Shown here: piece by piece, positions 32,669 to 41,688 of the stretch
How the letters are laid out: each line of letters starts with the position of its first letter
Position numbering within the stretch: position 1 is the first letter of the stretch
Assembly: GCA_000146045.2 (NCBI GenBank)
Contig: BK006936.2
Location: forward strand, 64,001 to 128,000
Source: TPA_inf: Saccharomyces
Lineage: Eukaryota
Direction of reading: 5' to 3'
Length of the DNA: 64,000 bases
Notes under the pieces: generated by a model
What the model was told of the DNA's origin: nothing
Databases searched by the model: none
The model's input: only the letters and a program-made list of their open reading frames with translations
Position numbers and translations under genes: made by a program

Positions 32669-35600
32669 TTAAAAACCTTGTTCCATGTTCATATCGAACC
32701 AACCAAAAAAGTCATCATTACTGGAGTTGCCTTCAATCCAGCCTGCACTTTGTTGCTGAAAAAAATCCGTTAGTTTGTTTCCAGGAGTCTTCACGTTGTT
32801 TTCATTATCGATGGTTTGGAAGTTAGAAGAAGTTACAGTGTTAGTGCCCGTAGAAAATCGTTGGTTCGTTTTGTTGCTATTGATATCATTACTTTTGGAA
32901 AACAAGCTCAGAGGTGGATATGCCGTGCTTTTAGAGGAGCCGGGGTCGGAAACGACGGAATGCAAATCTGTCATATTATTTGACTTCGAAGCAATCGGTG
33001 TACGTGAATGGGACATACTACTTTGTGATCTTCCAATCGCGTTGGCGTTGCTGAATTGATTATTATAATTCATGGTGACATTTTGTAAATTACTGTGCTC
33101 CCTTGGAATAGGGTGGTCTATTCCCAATGTAACATTATTAGATAAGTTGCCAACGGGGTGGTTCCTTAACCCTGGAACGGACGCAGGAAAATGATTAACG
33201 GGAGTGCTTACTGATCTTTTCATGGAGAGATCAGGAATTACACTAGGTCCGTTACTATAATAGTCTACCTTAGTACTTTGTGGATTGTTATTCGAAGCGG
33301 GGACAGAAGCCACTGGATAAATTGAATTAGAGGGAATTGATATGTCATTAGACGCATCCAATAACGTCCTATTATTATTATAATCGTTACTATTCGAGGT
33401 ATTAGCGAATAAACTTTGAAATTTTACGCTGCCTGTTTCCCCGAGCATGGAAAGAGGTATCCCGTTAATCTCCATTATAGAACCGTCAGAATCTCCGTTA
33501 TTTGTCTTGGCTAGCTTTTCTGCCTGCTTTAAGGCATTCTTAGTAGGAACTAAAGTGGTAACAGTGGTTCCACTTGGTGTTGTTTTTGTTACAGTTTCAA
33601 AGTCATCTCTGGAGATATGGTTATATAGTGGCAATGGATATAGTTTTCTGTCCGTTATGCCACCCGTAGACGAAGTGCCATTGTAGATACCATTTGAGGA
33701 AAATTTTCTTTTCTTAGCGGCTTTCTCTAAGGCTTGCTTGTTATATTCGGGATCCATTTCCCTTCTTCTCGCCTCGTGAACACACCAAACCAAATCATAG
33801 AATAGAGACCCTGTTAAATGTGATCTCATCCTAGAAATAATACCGTCTTCTTCCACAAAAACTTCTGGATGCATGATCAGTACGAAGTTCAGTTTTTCTA
33901 ACATACTTGCAGTTCTCGAAATATCATTCTCAACACTAGTGGCCCACGCAGTTAACTGATTTCTATAAAGTCTATGGATAGTGACCACGGATTGCCTTGC
34001 TGAATCAAAATATTTGTCAGGAAGTAAAGGAGTCAACTGCAATTTAAAGAGAATCAGTGCAGAAAATGTAGCAGCTTGTCTAATATAAATAGGCAGTTCA
34101 ATTAATTGGTGTGTTTCTAAAAGATTATTCAATAGAGTGACAATTTTAGTAGCTGTTAGATAGGCCTCTGTGACATATGGAATTTGATCGGTAGGAGGTG
34201 TTTCGGGTAGGAATGCAAAACAACAGACAGTTAATTTAACATAAAGAAAATAAATGTTGACAGTATCGTCACTCTGGAAATTTAAAGTTTTTGCTAATAA
34301 ATCTAACTCTTTTCCCAAGATGGACAGTGTCTCAGCACGATACTTTGGTTCCAATAAACCATCAGGACTGGAAGTGGAAGAACCAATGATATGAGACAAT
34401 TTTGCTTGGAAATTCGCCAGGCTGAGCAATCTTCTAAAACTGCCCGGTAGTTTGTATTTACTTTCAACGTGCGGCTCGTCTTTCTTGTTCCTTTTATCAT
34501 TGTTGTTATTGTCAATACTGTCATTGTTATCTTCTTCTGATTCTTCGTCACCACAGGATAAGGCTTTTTCTAATAAATAGTCTGTCTGTGAAGTTGGTGG
34601 CAAACCAAGGATACTCGCCCAACAAAGTTCGGCAAAAAATATTCCCAGCCAAGTCCTAGTTCTCCACTTTTCTGCATTTGGCATTGATGTTTGAGTTCTT
34701 GTGAATTCAGAAATGAATTCACCTCTGTGCAAACCTAATTGATAAGACAGTGACTTTGCTAATCCTACAAAACGGTAAGAACAATCATCTAGGACTTTTT
34801 GGTTAGGCAAAGGCCAAATGCACAATATTAACAAAGCTTGCGAAATATGTGTGGATCTAGGTGTTCTTATCCAGCAGGTCTCTATGGCAAGTTGCTTGAT
34901 CAAAGAGCTTAGCTTGCAATACATCGTCGGTTCAGGATCAGACAGACATGCCGTCAACATCACGGTCCAGAAAAGCAACTGAGATTGGGAGTATAATTCG
35001 GTGGCGTTATTGGAATACATAATAGGAAAATACGGCAGATACCTAGTCACGAAAATATGGTGTAATCTATTCGCTTTTTCAATGGAAATACTAATATCGC
35101 CCAGTACAAACTCATCTACATTTGCATGCGGCGAAGGCAATAATGGCATAGTCGTGGTGGTGGCTACTACCGGCGTCTTCGTCCTATCTGCATTGTTATT
35201 TGTTGCTACGTGGCTTGTTGCTGCAAATGGTGGTTGATTTGTTGTCGTTGTAACGGTGGTCGACGTAGTATGAGGGGAATATGTTTTTTGAATTGGAGAG
35301 AAGGGGCCGTTCGGAGTGTTACCTGCAGAGTTGTTCTTATAAAAAGCCATTTGCAAAGCAGGAGGTAAAGATTCTTTTGAATTATTAGGCAATGCTGAGT
35401 CATTTAGCAGCGGGGGCAGCTTATTTGGCTCTGTTGCAACCAAGCCTTTCGAATCTTGCGCTAAAGAAGATGCGCGCAACGTCATGTGAGAAGATGCTTC
35501 ATTATTTGCTTTAAATTTATTCGTATTGCTGCCCTGATTTGCTTGTAAGAGTTGGGGTTCCCTGGACAAATAAGTTTGAACTGAAACCTTAGAATCTCGT

Positions 35601-36115
35601 TGAGCCGCGGAAGAAGTTGGAGAACCTGAGGAAGGAGAAGAATCTGGGTTAGGGATAATAGTACCCGGAGTTGGAGTTGGATGCAGATTGAGCTTATTCA
35701 AAAGGCTATTGCCCATGGGAATCTGTTGTAAAAGATGAACGAAAACGCTGTCATTGGCCAGAAGAGTATCGAGTTTAGATTTGATTTCATCCACATCTTG
35801 TCTCAGTAGTTGCAACTGTGAGCCCTTCTTAGGCCTGAATTGAGGATTGATTTCACAGTGGAGACCAATTTTTTCGCATCTGGAGCAAGGATGAGGGAAA
35901 TTTTGACTAGCATCGCATTTGATTTTGTGCTGTCTACAATGTGTACATGAGGTAACTGGTCTATGGTTGATTTGATGACTGTCATCATGGTGAGATATTC
36001 GTTGTTTCTTACTTGGGAACTGGTGCTGTTGCAACTGTTGCTGCTCCGGTTGTCTTTTCATGTGAGCAGAACTAAAATCTTGGTCTTGGTCAGAATCTCG
36101 ATTATCCTTCACCAT
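32669..36115 (-). CDS. SEF1: SEF1, putative Zn2Cys6 transcription factor
   Basis: 1148 aa from the ATG at 36115. The ORF-track start at 36142 is a TTG. The Zn2Cys6 cluster is CTHCRQHKIKCDASQNFPHPCSRCEKIGLHC, followed by a fungal transcription-factor middle homology region. Confidence 0.85.
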   Translation of the reverse strand: MVKDNRDSDQDQDFSSAHMKRQPEQQQLQQHQFPSKKQRISHHDDSHQINHRPVTSCTHCRQHKIKCDASQNFPHPCSRCEKIGLHCEINPQFRPKKGSQLQLLRQDVDEIKSKLDTLLANDSVFVHLLQQIPMGNSLLNKLNLHPTPTPGTIIPNPDSSPSSGSPTSSAAQRDSKVSVQTYLSREPQLLQANQGSNTNKFKANNEASSHMTLRASSLAQDSKGLVATEPNKLPPLLNDSALPNNSKESLPPALQMAFYKNNSAGNTPNGPFSPIQKTYSPHTTSTTVTTTTNQPPFAATSHVATNNNADRTKTPVVATTTTMPLLPSPHANVDEFVLGDISISIEKANRLHHIFVTRYLPYFPIMYSNNATELYSQSQLLFWTVMLTACLSDPEPTMYCKLSSLIKQLAIETCWIRTPRSTHISQALLILCIWPLPNQKVLDDCSYRFVGLAKSLSYQLGLHRGEFISEFTRTQTSMPNAEKWRTRTWLGIFFAELCWASILGLPPTSQTDYLLEKALSCGDEESEEDNNDSIDNNNNDKRNKKDEPHVESKYKLPGSFRRLLSLANFQAKLSHIIGSSTSSPDGLLEPKYRAETLSILGKELDLLAKTLNFQSDDTVNIYFLYVKLTVCCFAFLPETPPTDQIPYVTEAYLTATKIVTLLNNLLETHQLIELPIYIRQAATFSALILFKLQLTPLLPDKYFDSARQSVVTIHRLYRNQLTAWATSVENDISRTASMLEKLNFVLIMHPEVFVEEDGIISRMRSHLTGSLFYDLVWCVHEARRREMDPEYNKQALEKAAKKRKFSSNGIYNGTSSTGGITDRKLYPLPLYNHISRDDFETVTKTTPSGTTVTTLVPTKNALKQAEKLAKTNNGDSDGSIMEINGIPLSMLGETGSVKFQSLFANTSNSNDYNNNRTLLDASNDISIPSNSIYPVASVPASNNNPQSTKVDYYSNGPSVIPDLSMKRSVSTPVNHFPASVPGLRNHPVGNLSNNVTLGIDHPIPREHSNLQNVTMNYNNQFSNANAIGRSQSSMSHSRTPIASKSNNMTDLHSVVSDPGSSKSTAYPPLSLFSKSNDINSNKTNQRFSTGTNTVTSSNFQTIDNENNVKTPGNKLTDFFQQQSAGWIEGNSSNDDFFGWFDMNMEQGF

Positions 36116-36307
36116 GACGAGAATGCGTATACGCAGAGCCAATATAATCTGTATACGGGACCTTTGACATTAAGGTTTCTGCAGAGAGTTTATTACATGC
36201 ATTTTCATATATATATTTTTAACGCCATTCCTTTACGGTATGTAAAGAAAAATGATCCAATGAGCGGCCCTTCGTACGAGATGAGATATAATAAGAATGA
36301 AAGATAG
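35963..36307 (+). CDS. YBL065W: Dubious ORF YBL065W, overlapping the SEF1 5' end on the opposite strand
   Basis: 114-aa ATG ORF antisense to SEF1 with no domain. Confidence 0.2.
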   Translation: MVDLMTVIMVRYSLFLTWELVLLQLLLLRLSFHVSRTKILVLVRISIILHHDENAYTQSQYNLYTGPLTLRFLQRVYYMHFHIYIFNAIPLRYVKKNDPMSGPSYEMRYNKNER

Positions 36308-36370
36308 ATAAAAGTTTTAGTTAGAGATACTTCATATACCTGTATATAGTAAAGTCGTTTATTTCAAAGC

Positions 36371-37156
36371 TTATTTCGACTTGGTGAATCTTAAATAGGG
36401 TTTAATTTCATTAAATTGACCAAATTTAGCCTTCGCCTCATCATTGGAGACAGAGGGAGGAATAATGACATCGTCAGCTGGCTGCCAATTAATTGGAGTT
36501 ACTACGCCCTCCTTGTCAGTCAATTGCAAGGCGTCGATTACCCTTAACACTTCAGAAGTGTTTCTTCCGACGGTGGAAGGGTAGGTAAAAATCAGTCTAA
36601 TCTTCTTCTTGGGATCGATGACGAAAACAGACCTCACGGTCTTCAGTGACCCATCATTGATATTTTTGAATCCTTCGGCATCTACCATATCATATAGGAA
36701 TGCCACGTTTCTAAAAGTGTCACCAATTATTGGGAAACCAACATTTTTAACCTTTGCTATTTCCTTGATGTCTTGAATCCATTTTTCGTGGGACTCAACA
36801 TCTTCCACTGAAAGCCCGATCAATTTAACATTTCTCTTGTCGAATTCCGGCTTCAATTTGGCGAATGCGCTGACTTCGGTGGTGCAGACAGGGGTGAAAT
36901 CTGCTGGGTGAGAAAACAAGACCCCCCAAGAGTCGCCCAAGTAGTCGTAAAAATTGATTTTACCAACCGTTGTGTCAGCATCAAAGTTAGGAGCATCAGA
37001 GTTTATTCTTAGTCTTGGTTGATCACTTTGTTTGAATTGTTTGCACAGAATAGGTGCTGTGGCAAATGTTTTAATCGTCTGTGATTGCAAGTGAGCCTGC
37101 TTAGGAAGGGTCCATGCCGTCCTCTTTAATTGAGCGCTACAAATTCTACTAAACAT
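36371..37156 (-). CDS. PRX1: PRX1, mitochondrial 1-Cys peroxiredoxin
   Basis: 261 aa with ATG at 37156. It has an N-terminal presequence (MFSRICSAQLKRTAWTLPK) and the peroxiredoxin active site FTPVCTTE. Confidence 0.92.
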   Translation of the reverse strand: MFSRICSAQLKRTAWTLPKQAHLQSQTIKTFATAPILCKQFKQSDQPRLRINSDAPNFDADTTVGKINFYDYLGDSWGVLFSHPADFTPVCTTEVSAFAKLKPEFDKRNVKLIGLSVEDVESHEKWIQDIKEIAKVKNVGFPIIGDTFRNVAFLYDMVDAEGFKNINDGSLKTVRSVFVIDPKKKIRLIFTYPSTVGRNTSEVLRVIDALQLTDKEGVVTPINWQPADDVIIPPSVSNDEAKAKFGQFNEIKPYLRFTKSK

Positions 37157-37351
37157 CCTTTGCTTCCTGCTTCTTTGAAATTTATCTCATCCTACTGCGA
37201 GAATCTAGAAGCACAATTTTCTATATCTCTCCTTCTCTCTTTATATACCAATAGCAGCAACATCCGGCCCCTTGTTTCTTTACGTAATTAAAAATCTCCG
37301 GGGCTAGCTTTTGCCGGGGAACCCATCCCGAAAAAATTGCAAAAAAAAAAA

Positions 37352-37361
37352 TAGCCGCCGA
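37352..37361 (-). promoter_or_regulatory. Perfect URS1 (Ume6 site, TCGGCGGCTA) in the PRX1-KIP1 divergent intergenic region
   Basis: The plus strand reads TAGCCGCCGA. The site is the first copy of a 12-bp direct repeat, AAAAATAGCCGC, at 37346..37357 and 37390..37401. Confidence 0.5.
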
Positions 37362-37773
37362 CCGTTGGTCGCTATTCACGGAATGATAGAAAAATAGCCG
37401 CGCTGCTCGTCCTGGGTGACCTTTTGTATATTGTATAAAGATAAACATAGTGCTATCAGGAATATCTTTATATACACACGCATACTGAATGTGGTTGAAG
37501 TTCAAAAAATATCACAAACGTTAAGAAGTTTTACTGGTAAACATATAGACATAGTGGAGCGCTTGCTCGAGGTCAAATGCAGACGGATACGAGAGCGCGG
37601 GAGGGAAACCGGAGAAGGTCAATATGCCCATAATTCTTCTTCTTTGAGGTTGGCAATTATATATTGTATCTGAATTAGGCAAATAGAAAAGAGACCTTAC
37701 CATTAGCGCCATCGTAGAGTCCCATTTCACCTTTTCTTAGTTCTTTATATATGTCTGCGTATGGCCCACATAT

Positions 37774-37790
37774 GCGCGCACAGTGCGCGC
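37774..37790. repeat. Perfect 17-bp GC-only palindrome, GCGCGCAC-A-GTGCGCGC, about 100 bp upstream of KIP1
   Basis: The arms at 37774..37781 and 37783..37790 are exact reverse complements. The element carries two inverted CGCGC motifs. Confidence 0.9.
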
Positions 37791-37885
37791 CACCCTCTAA
37801 GAACGATAAACATAAAATAAACACATAAACAATCAACGACAGTTCGCGCTTCCCTCACTAAATATGGCGAGATAGTTAAACAATC

Positions 37886-40800
37886 ATGGCTCGTTCTTCC
37901 TTGCCCAACCGCCGCACCGCCCAGTTCGAAGCGAACAAGAGGAGGACCATTGCACATGCTCCATCTCCAAGTCTTTCAAATGGGATGCACACTCTAACGC
38001 CGCCCACCTGTAACAATGGTGCTGCCACTTCAGACTCCAATATACATGTATATGTAAGGTGCAGATCGCGTAATAAGCGAGAAATAGAGGAAAAAAGTAG
38101 TGTAGTTATATCTACACTAGGCCCACAAGGGAAAGAAATCATTCTGTCCAACGGTTCTCACCAATCGTATTCGTCCTCGAAGAAAACTTACCAATTTGAT
38201 CAGGTGTTCGGCGCAGAATCTGACCAGGAAACAGTGTTTAATGCCACTGCAAAAAACTACATTAAGGAAATGTTGCACGGGTACAATTGTACAATATTTG
38301 CATACGGTCAAACGGGAACAGGTAAAACCTACACTATGTCTGGCGATATAAATATTCTCGGTGATGTGCAATCTACCGATAATCTATTATTAGGAGAGCA
38401 TGCAGGTATCATACCACGGGTTCTGGTCGATTTGTTTAAAGAATTGAGCTCCTTAAATAAAGAGTACTCCGTAAAAATATCCTTTTTAGAGTTGTACAAT
38501 GAAAATTTGAAAGATCTGCTCTCTGATAGTGAGGACGATGATCCTGCAGTCAACGATCCCAAGAGGCAGATTCGTATTTTTGACAATAACAACAATAATT
38601 CATCCATCATGGTCAAGGGGATGCAGGAAATCTTTATTAACTCTGCACACGAAGGCTTGAATTTGCTAATGCAGGGTTCGTTAAAAAGGAAAGTGGCCGC
38701 TACTAAATGCAACGATCTTTCATCAAGGTCTCACACCGTCTTTACAATCACAACAAACATAGTTGAGCAAGATAGCAAAGACCATGGACAAAACAAAAAT
38801 TTTGTTAAAATTGGCAAATTGAATTTGGTGGATTTGGCAGGCAGTGAAAACATCAACAGATCGGGTGCGGAGAATAAAAGGGCTCAAGAAGCTGGCCTAA
38901 TAAACAAATCGCTGCTAACACTAGGCCGTGTTATCAACGCACTCGTTGATCATTCTAACCATATACCTTACAGAGAATCTAAGCTAACAAGATTGCTACA
39001 AGACTCTTTAGGTGGTATGACGAAAACATGCATTATCGCAACTATATCACCTGCGAAAATATCCATGGAAGAGACTGCAAGTACGCTAGAATATGCAACG
39101 AGAGCCAAATCAATTAAGAATACTCCACAAGTAAATCAGTCTTTATCGAAGGATACATGTCTCAAAGACTACATTCAAGAGATTGAAAAATTAAGAAATG
39201 ATTTGAAAAATTCAAGAAACAAACAAGGTATATTTATAACTCAAGATCAGTTGGACCTTTACGAGAGCAATTCTATCTTGATTGATGAGCAAAATCTAAA
39301 AATACATAACCTGCGAGAACAAATTAAAAAATTCAAAGAAAACTACCTGAACCAATTAGATATCAATAATCTTTTACAGTCTGAAAAGGAAAAACTAATT
39401 GCCATAATACAGAATTTTAATGTCGATTTTTCTAACTTTTACTCGGAAATCCAAAAAATTCACCATACTAATCTCGAACTAATGAATGAAGTCATACAAC
39501 AGAGAGATTTTTCACTAGAAAATTCTCAAAAACAGTATAATACGAACCAGAACATGCAATTAAAAATCTCTCAACAAGTTTTACAGACTTTGAACACTTT
39601 ACAGGGCTCTTTAAATAATTATAACTCTAAATGTTCCGAAGTTATCAAAGGCGTCACCGAAGAACTAACCAGGAACGTAAATACCCATAAGGCGAAACAC
39701 GATTCTACTCTCAAATCGTTATTAAACATTACTACTAACTTATTGATGAATCAGATGAACGAACTGGTGCGTAGTATTTCGACTTCATTGGAAATATTTC
39801 AGAGTGATTCTACTTCTCACTATCGTAAAGATTTGAATGAAATCTACCAATCACATCAACAATTTCTAAAAAATTTACAAAACGATATTAAAAGCTGTCT
39901 TGATTCGATAGGCAGTTCAATTCTAACTTCCATAAACGAAATATCGCAAAATTGCACCACTAACTTGAATAGTATGAATGTTTTAATAGAAAACCAGCAG
40001 TCAGGATCATCGAAATTAATTAAAGAGCAAGATTTAGAAATAAAAAAACTGAAAAACGATCTGATCAATGAGCGCAGGATTTCTAACCAATTCAACCAAC
40101 AGTTGGCTGAAATGAAGCGATATTTTCAGGATCACGTTTCCAGGACGCGTAGTGAATTCCACGACGAACTTAACAAATGTATCGATAACCTAAAAGATAA
40201 ACAATCTAAGTTGGATCAAGATATCTGGCAGAAGACGGCCTCTATTTTCAACGAAACAGATATCGTAGTTAATAAAATTCATTCCGACTCAATAGCATCC
40301 CTCGCTCATAATGCTGAAAACACTTTGAAAACGGTTTCTCAGAACAATGAAAGCTTTACTAACGATTTAATCAGTCTATCACGCGGAATGAACATGGACA
40401 TATCCTCCAAACTGAGAAGTTTGCCCATCAATGAATTTTTAAACAAGATATCACAAACCATTTGTGAAACCTGTGGCGATGATAACACAATCGCATCAAA
40501 TCCAGTATTGACCTCTATTAAAAAATTTCAAAATATAATTTGTTCAGACATTGCCCTAACAAATGAGAAGATCATGTCATTAATAGATGAAATACAATCA
40601 CAAATTGAAACCATATCTAATGAAAACAATATCAATTTGATTGCAATAAATGAAAATTTTAATTCTTTGTGCAATTTTATATTAACTGATTACGATGAGA
40701 ATATTATGCAAATCTCAAAAACACAAGATGAGGTGCTTTCTGAACATTGCGAGAAGCTACAATCACTGAAAATACTGGGTATGGACATTTTCACTGCTCA

Positions 40801-41221
40801 CAGCATAGAAAAACCCCTTCATGAGCATACAAGACCTGAAGCGTCAGTAATCAAGGCTTTACCCTTATTGGATTATCCAAAACAATTTCAGATTTATAGG
40901 GATGCTGAAAATAAGAGCAAAGACGACACATCTAATTCTCGTACTTGTATACCAAACTTGTCAACTAATGAAAATTTTCCTCTTTCACAATTCAGTCCAA
41001 AAACCCCAGTGCCAGTGCCTGATCAACCTCTACCAAAAGTTCTTATACCGAAAAGCATAAACTCGGCCAAGTCCAATAGATCAAAGACCTTACCAAATAC
41101 AGAGGGTACTGGACGAGAATCGCAGAACAATTTGAAGAGAAGATTTACCACCGAGCCAATATTGAAGGGAGAAGAAACTGAAAATAATGACATACTGCAA
41201 AATAAAAAACTTCATCAATAA
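37886..41221 (+). CDS. KIP1: KIP1, kinesin-5 (BimC-family) motor
   Basis: 1111 aa with ATG at 37886. The motor-domain P-loop is GQTGTGKTYTM, followed by SSRSH and LNLVDLAGSE. Confidence 0.93.
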   Translation: MARSSLPNRRTAQFEANKRRTIAHAPSPSLSNGMHTLTPPTCNNGAATSDSNIHVYVRCRSRNKREIEEKSSVVISTLGPQGKEIILSNGSHQSYSSSKKTYQFDQVFGAESDQETVFNATAKNYIKEMLHGYNCTIFAYGQTGTGKTYTMSGDINILGDVQSTDNLLLGEHAGIIPRVLVDLFKELSSLNKEYSVKISFLELYNENLKDLLSDSEDDDPAVNDPKRQIRIFDNNNNNSSIMVKGMQEIFINSAHEGLNLLMQGSLKRKVAATKCNDLSSRSHTVFTITTNIVEQDSKDHGQNKNFVKIGKLNLVDLAGSENINRSGAENKRAQEAGLINKSLLTLGRVINALVDHSNHIPYRESKLTRLLQDSLGGMTKTCIIATISPAKISMEETASTLEYATRAKSIKNTPQVNQSLSKDTCLKDYIQEIEKLRNDLKNSRNKQGIFITQDQLDLYESNSILIDEQNLKIHNLREQIKKFKENYLNQLDINNLLQSEKEKLIAIIQNFNVDFSNFYSEIQKIHHTNLELMNEVIQQRDFSLENSQKQYNTNQNMQLKISQQVLQTLNTLQGSLNNYNSKCSEVIKGVTEELTRNVNTHKAKHDSTLKSLLNITTNLLMNQMNELVRSISTSLEIFQSDSTSHYRKDLNEIYQSHQQFLKNLQNDIKSCLDSIGSSILTSINEISQNCTTNLNSMNVLIENQQSGSSKLIKEQDLEIKKLKNDLINERRISNQFNQQLAEMKRYFQDHVSRTRSEFHDELNKCIDNLKDKQSKLDQDIWQKTASIFNETDIVVNKIHSDSIASLAHNAENTLKTVSQNNESFTNDLISLSRGMNMDISSKLRSLPINEFLNKISQTICETCGDDNTIASNPVLTSIKKFQNIICSDIALTNEKIMSLIDEIQSQIETISNENNINLIAINENFNSLCNFILTDYDENIMQISKTQDEVLSEHCEKLQSLKILGMDIFTAHSIEKPLHEHTRPEASVIKALPLLDYPKQFQIYRDAENKSKDDTSNSRTCIPNLSTNENFPLSQFSPKTPVPVPDQPLPKVLIPKSINSAKSNRSKTLPNTEGTGRESQNNLKRRFTTEPILKGEETENNDILQNKKLHQ

Positions 41222-41307
41222 GGGGATATAGCCATTGTAAAATATTTGTATCACTATATGCATTGAGTGTAAACTGTTGCACCTATAAAGAATGAAAACA
41301 ATCTAGT

Positions 41308-41688
41308 ATGTGTACTTACATAATTACACAGTCTTTTTTTTTTTTACCTTGTTTATCCTTCTTGTTCTTCAAGCTTGTAGGTTTTTTTGACTCAGTTTTT
41401 ACTGCAGGAAAATCTTTACGAATCATGTTTGAACTGCCCATATTTGATAAACTAACTTCTTGCTTTGCTGCCATCGACTGCTCAGCAACTTCCCTTGACA
41501 TTCCCTTTGCTGAGGAAGAACTTTTCCTGATGCTTGTATCAGAACCCGTTTTAATACCATTTCTATTCGTGTTTGAATTCATGTTAATTTGCAAACCTTG
41601 TGGCTCACGATCACGTTTTGGATTTCCAGTAAAGAATGTTTCAGATTTTGAAGAAACTCTTGAATTTGACCCTACGTTACTTGTTTGA
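41308..41688 (+). CDS. YBL062W: Dubious ORF YBL062W, overlapping the 3' end of SKT5 on the opposite strand
   Basis: 126-aa ATG ORF antisense to SKT5. Confidence 0.2.
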   Translation: MCTYIITQSFFFLPCLSFLFFKLVGFFDSVFTAGKSLRIMFELPIFDKLTSCFAAIDCSATSLDIPFAEEELFLMLVSEPVLIPFLFVFEFMLICKPCGSRSRFGFPVKNVSDFEETLEFDPTLLV

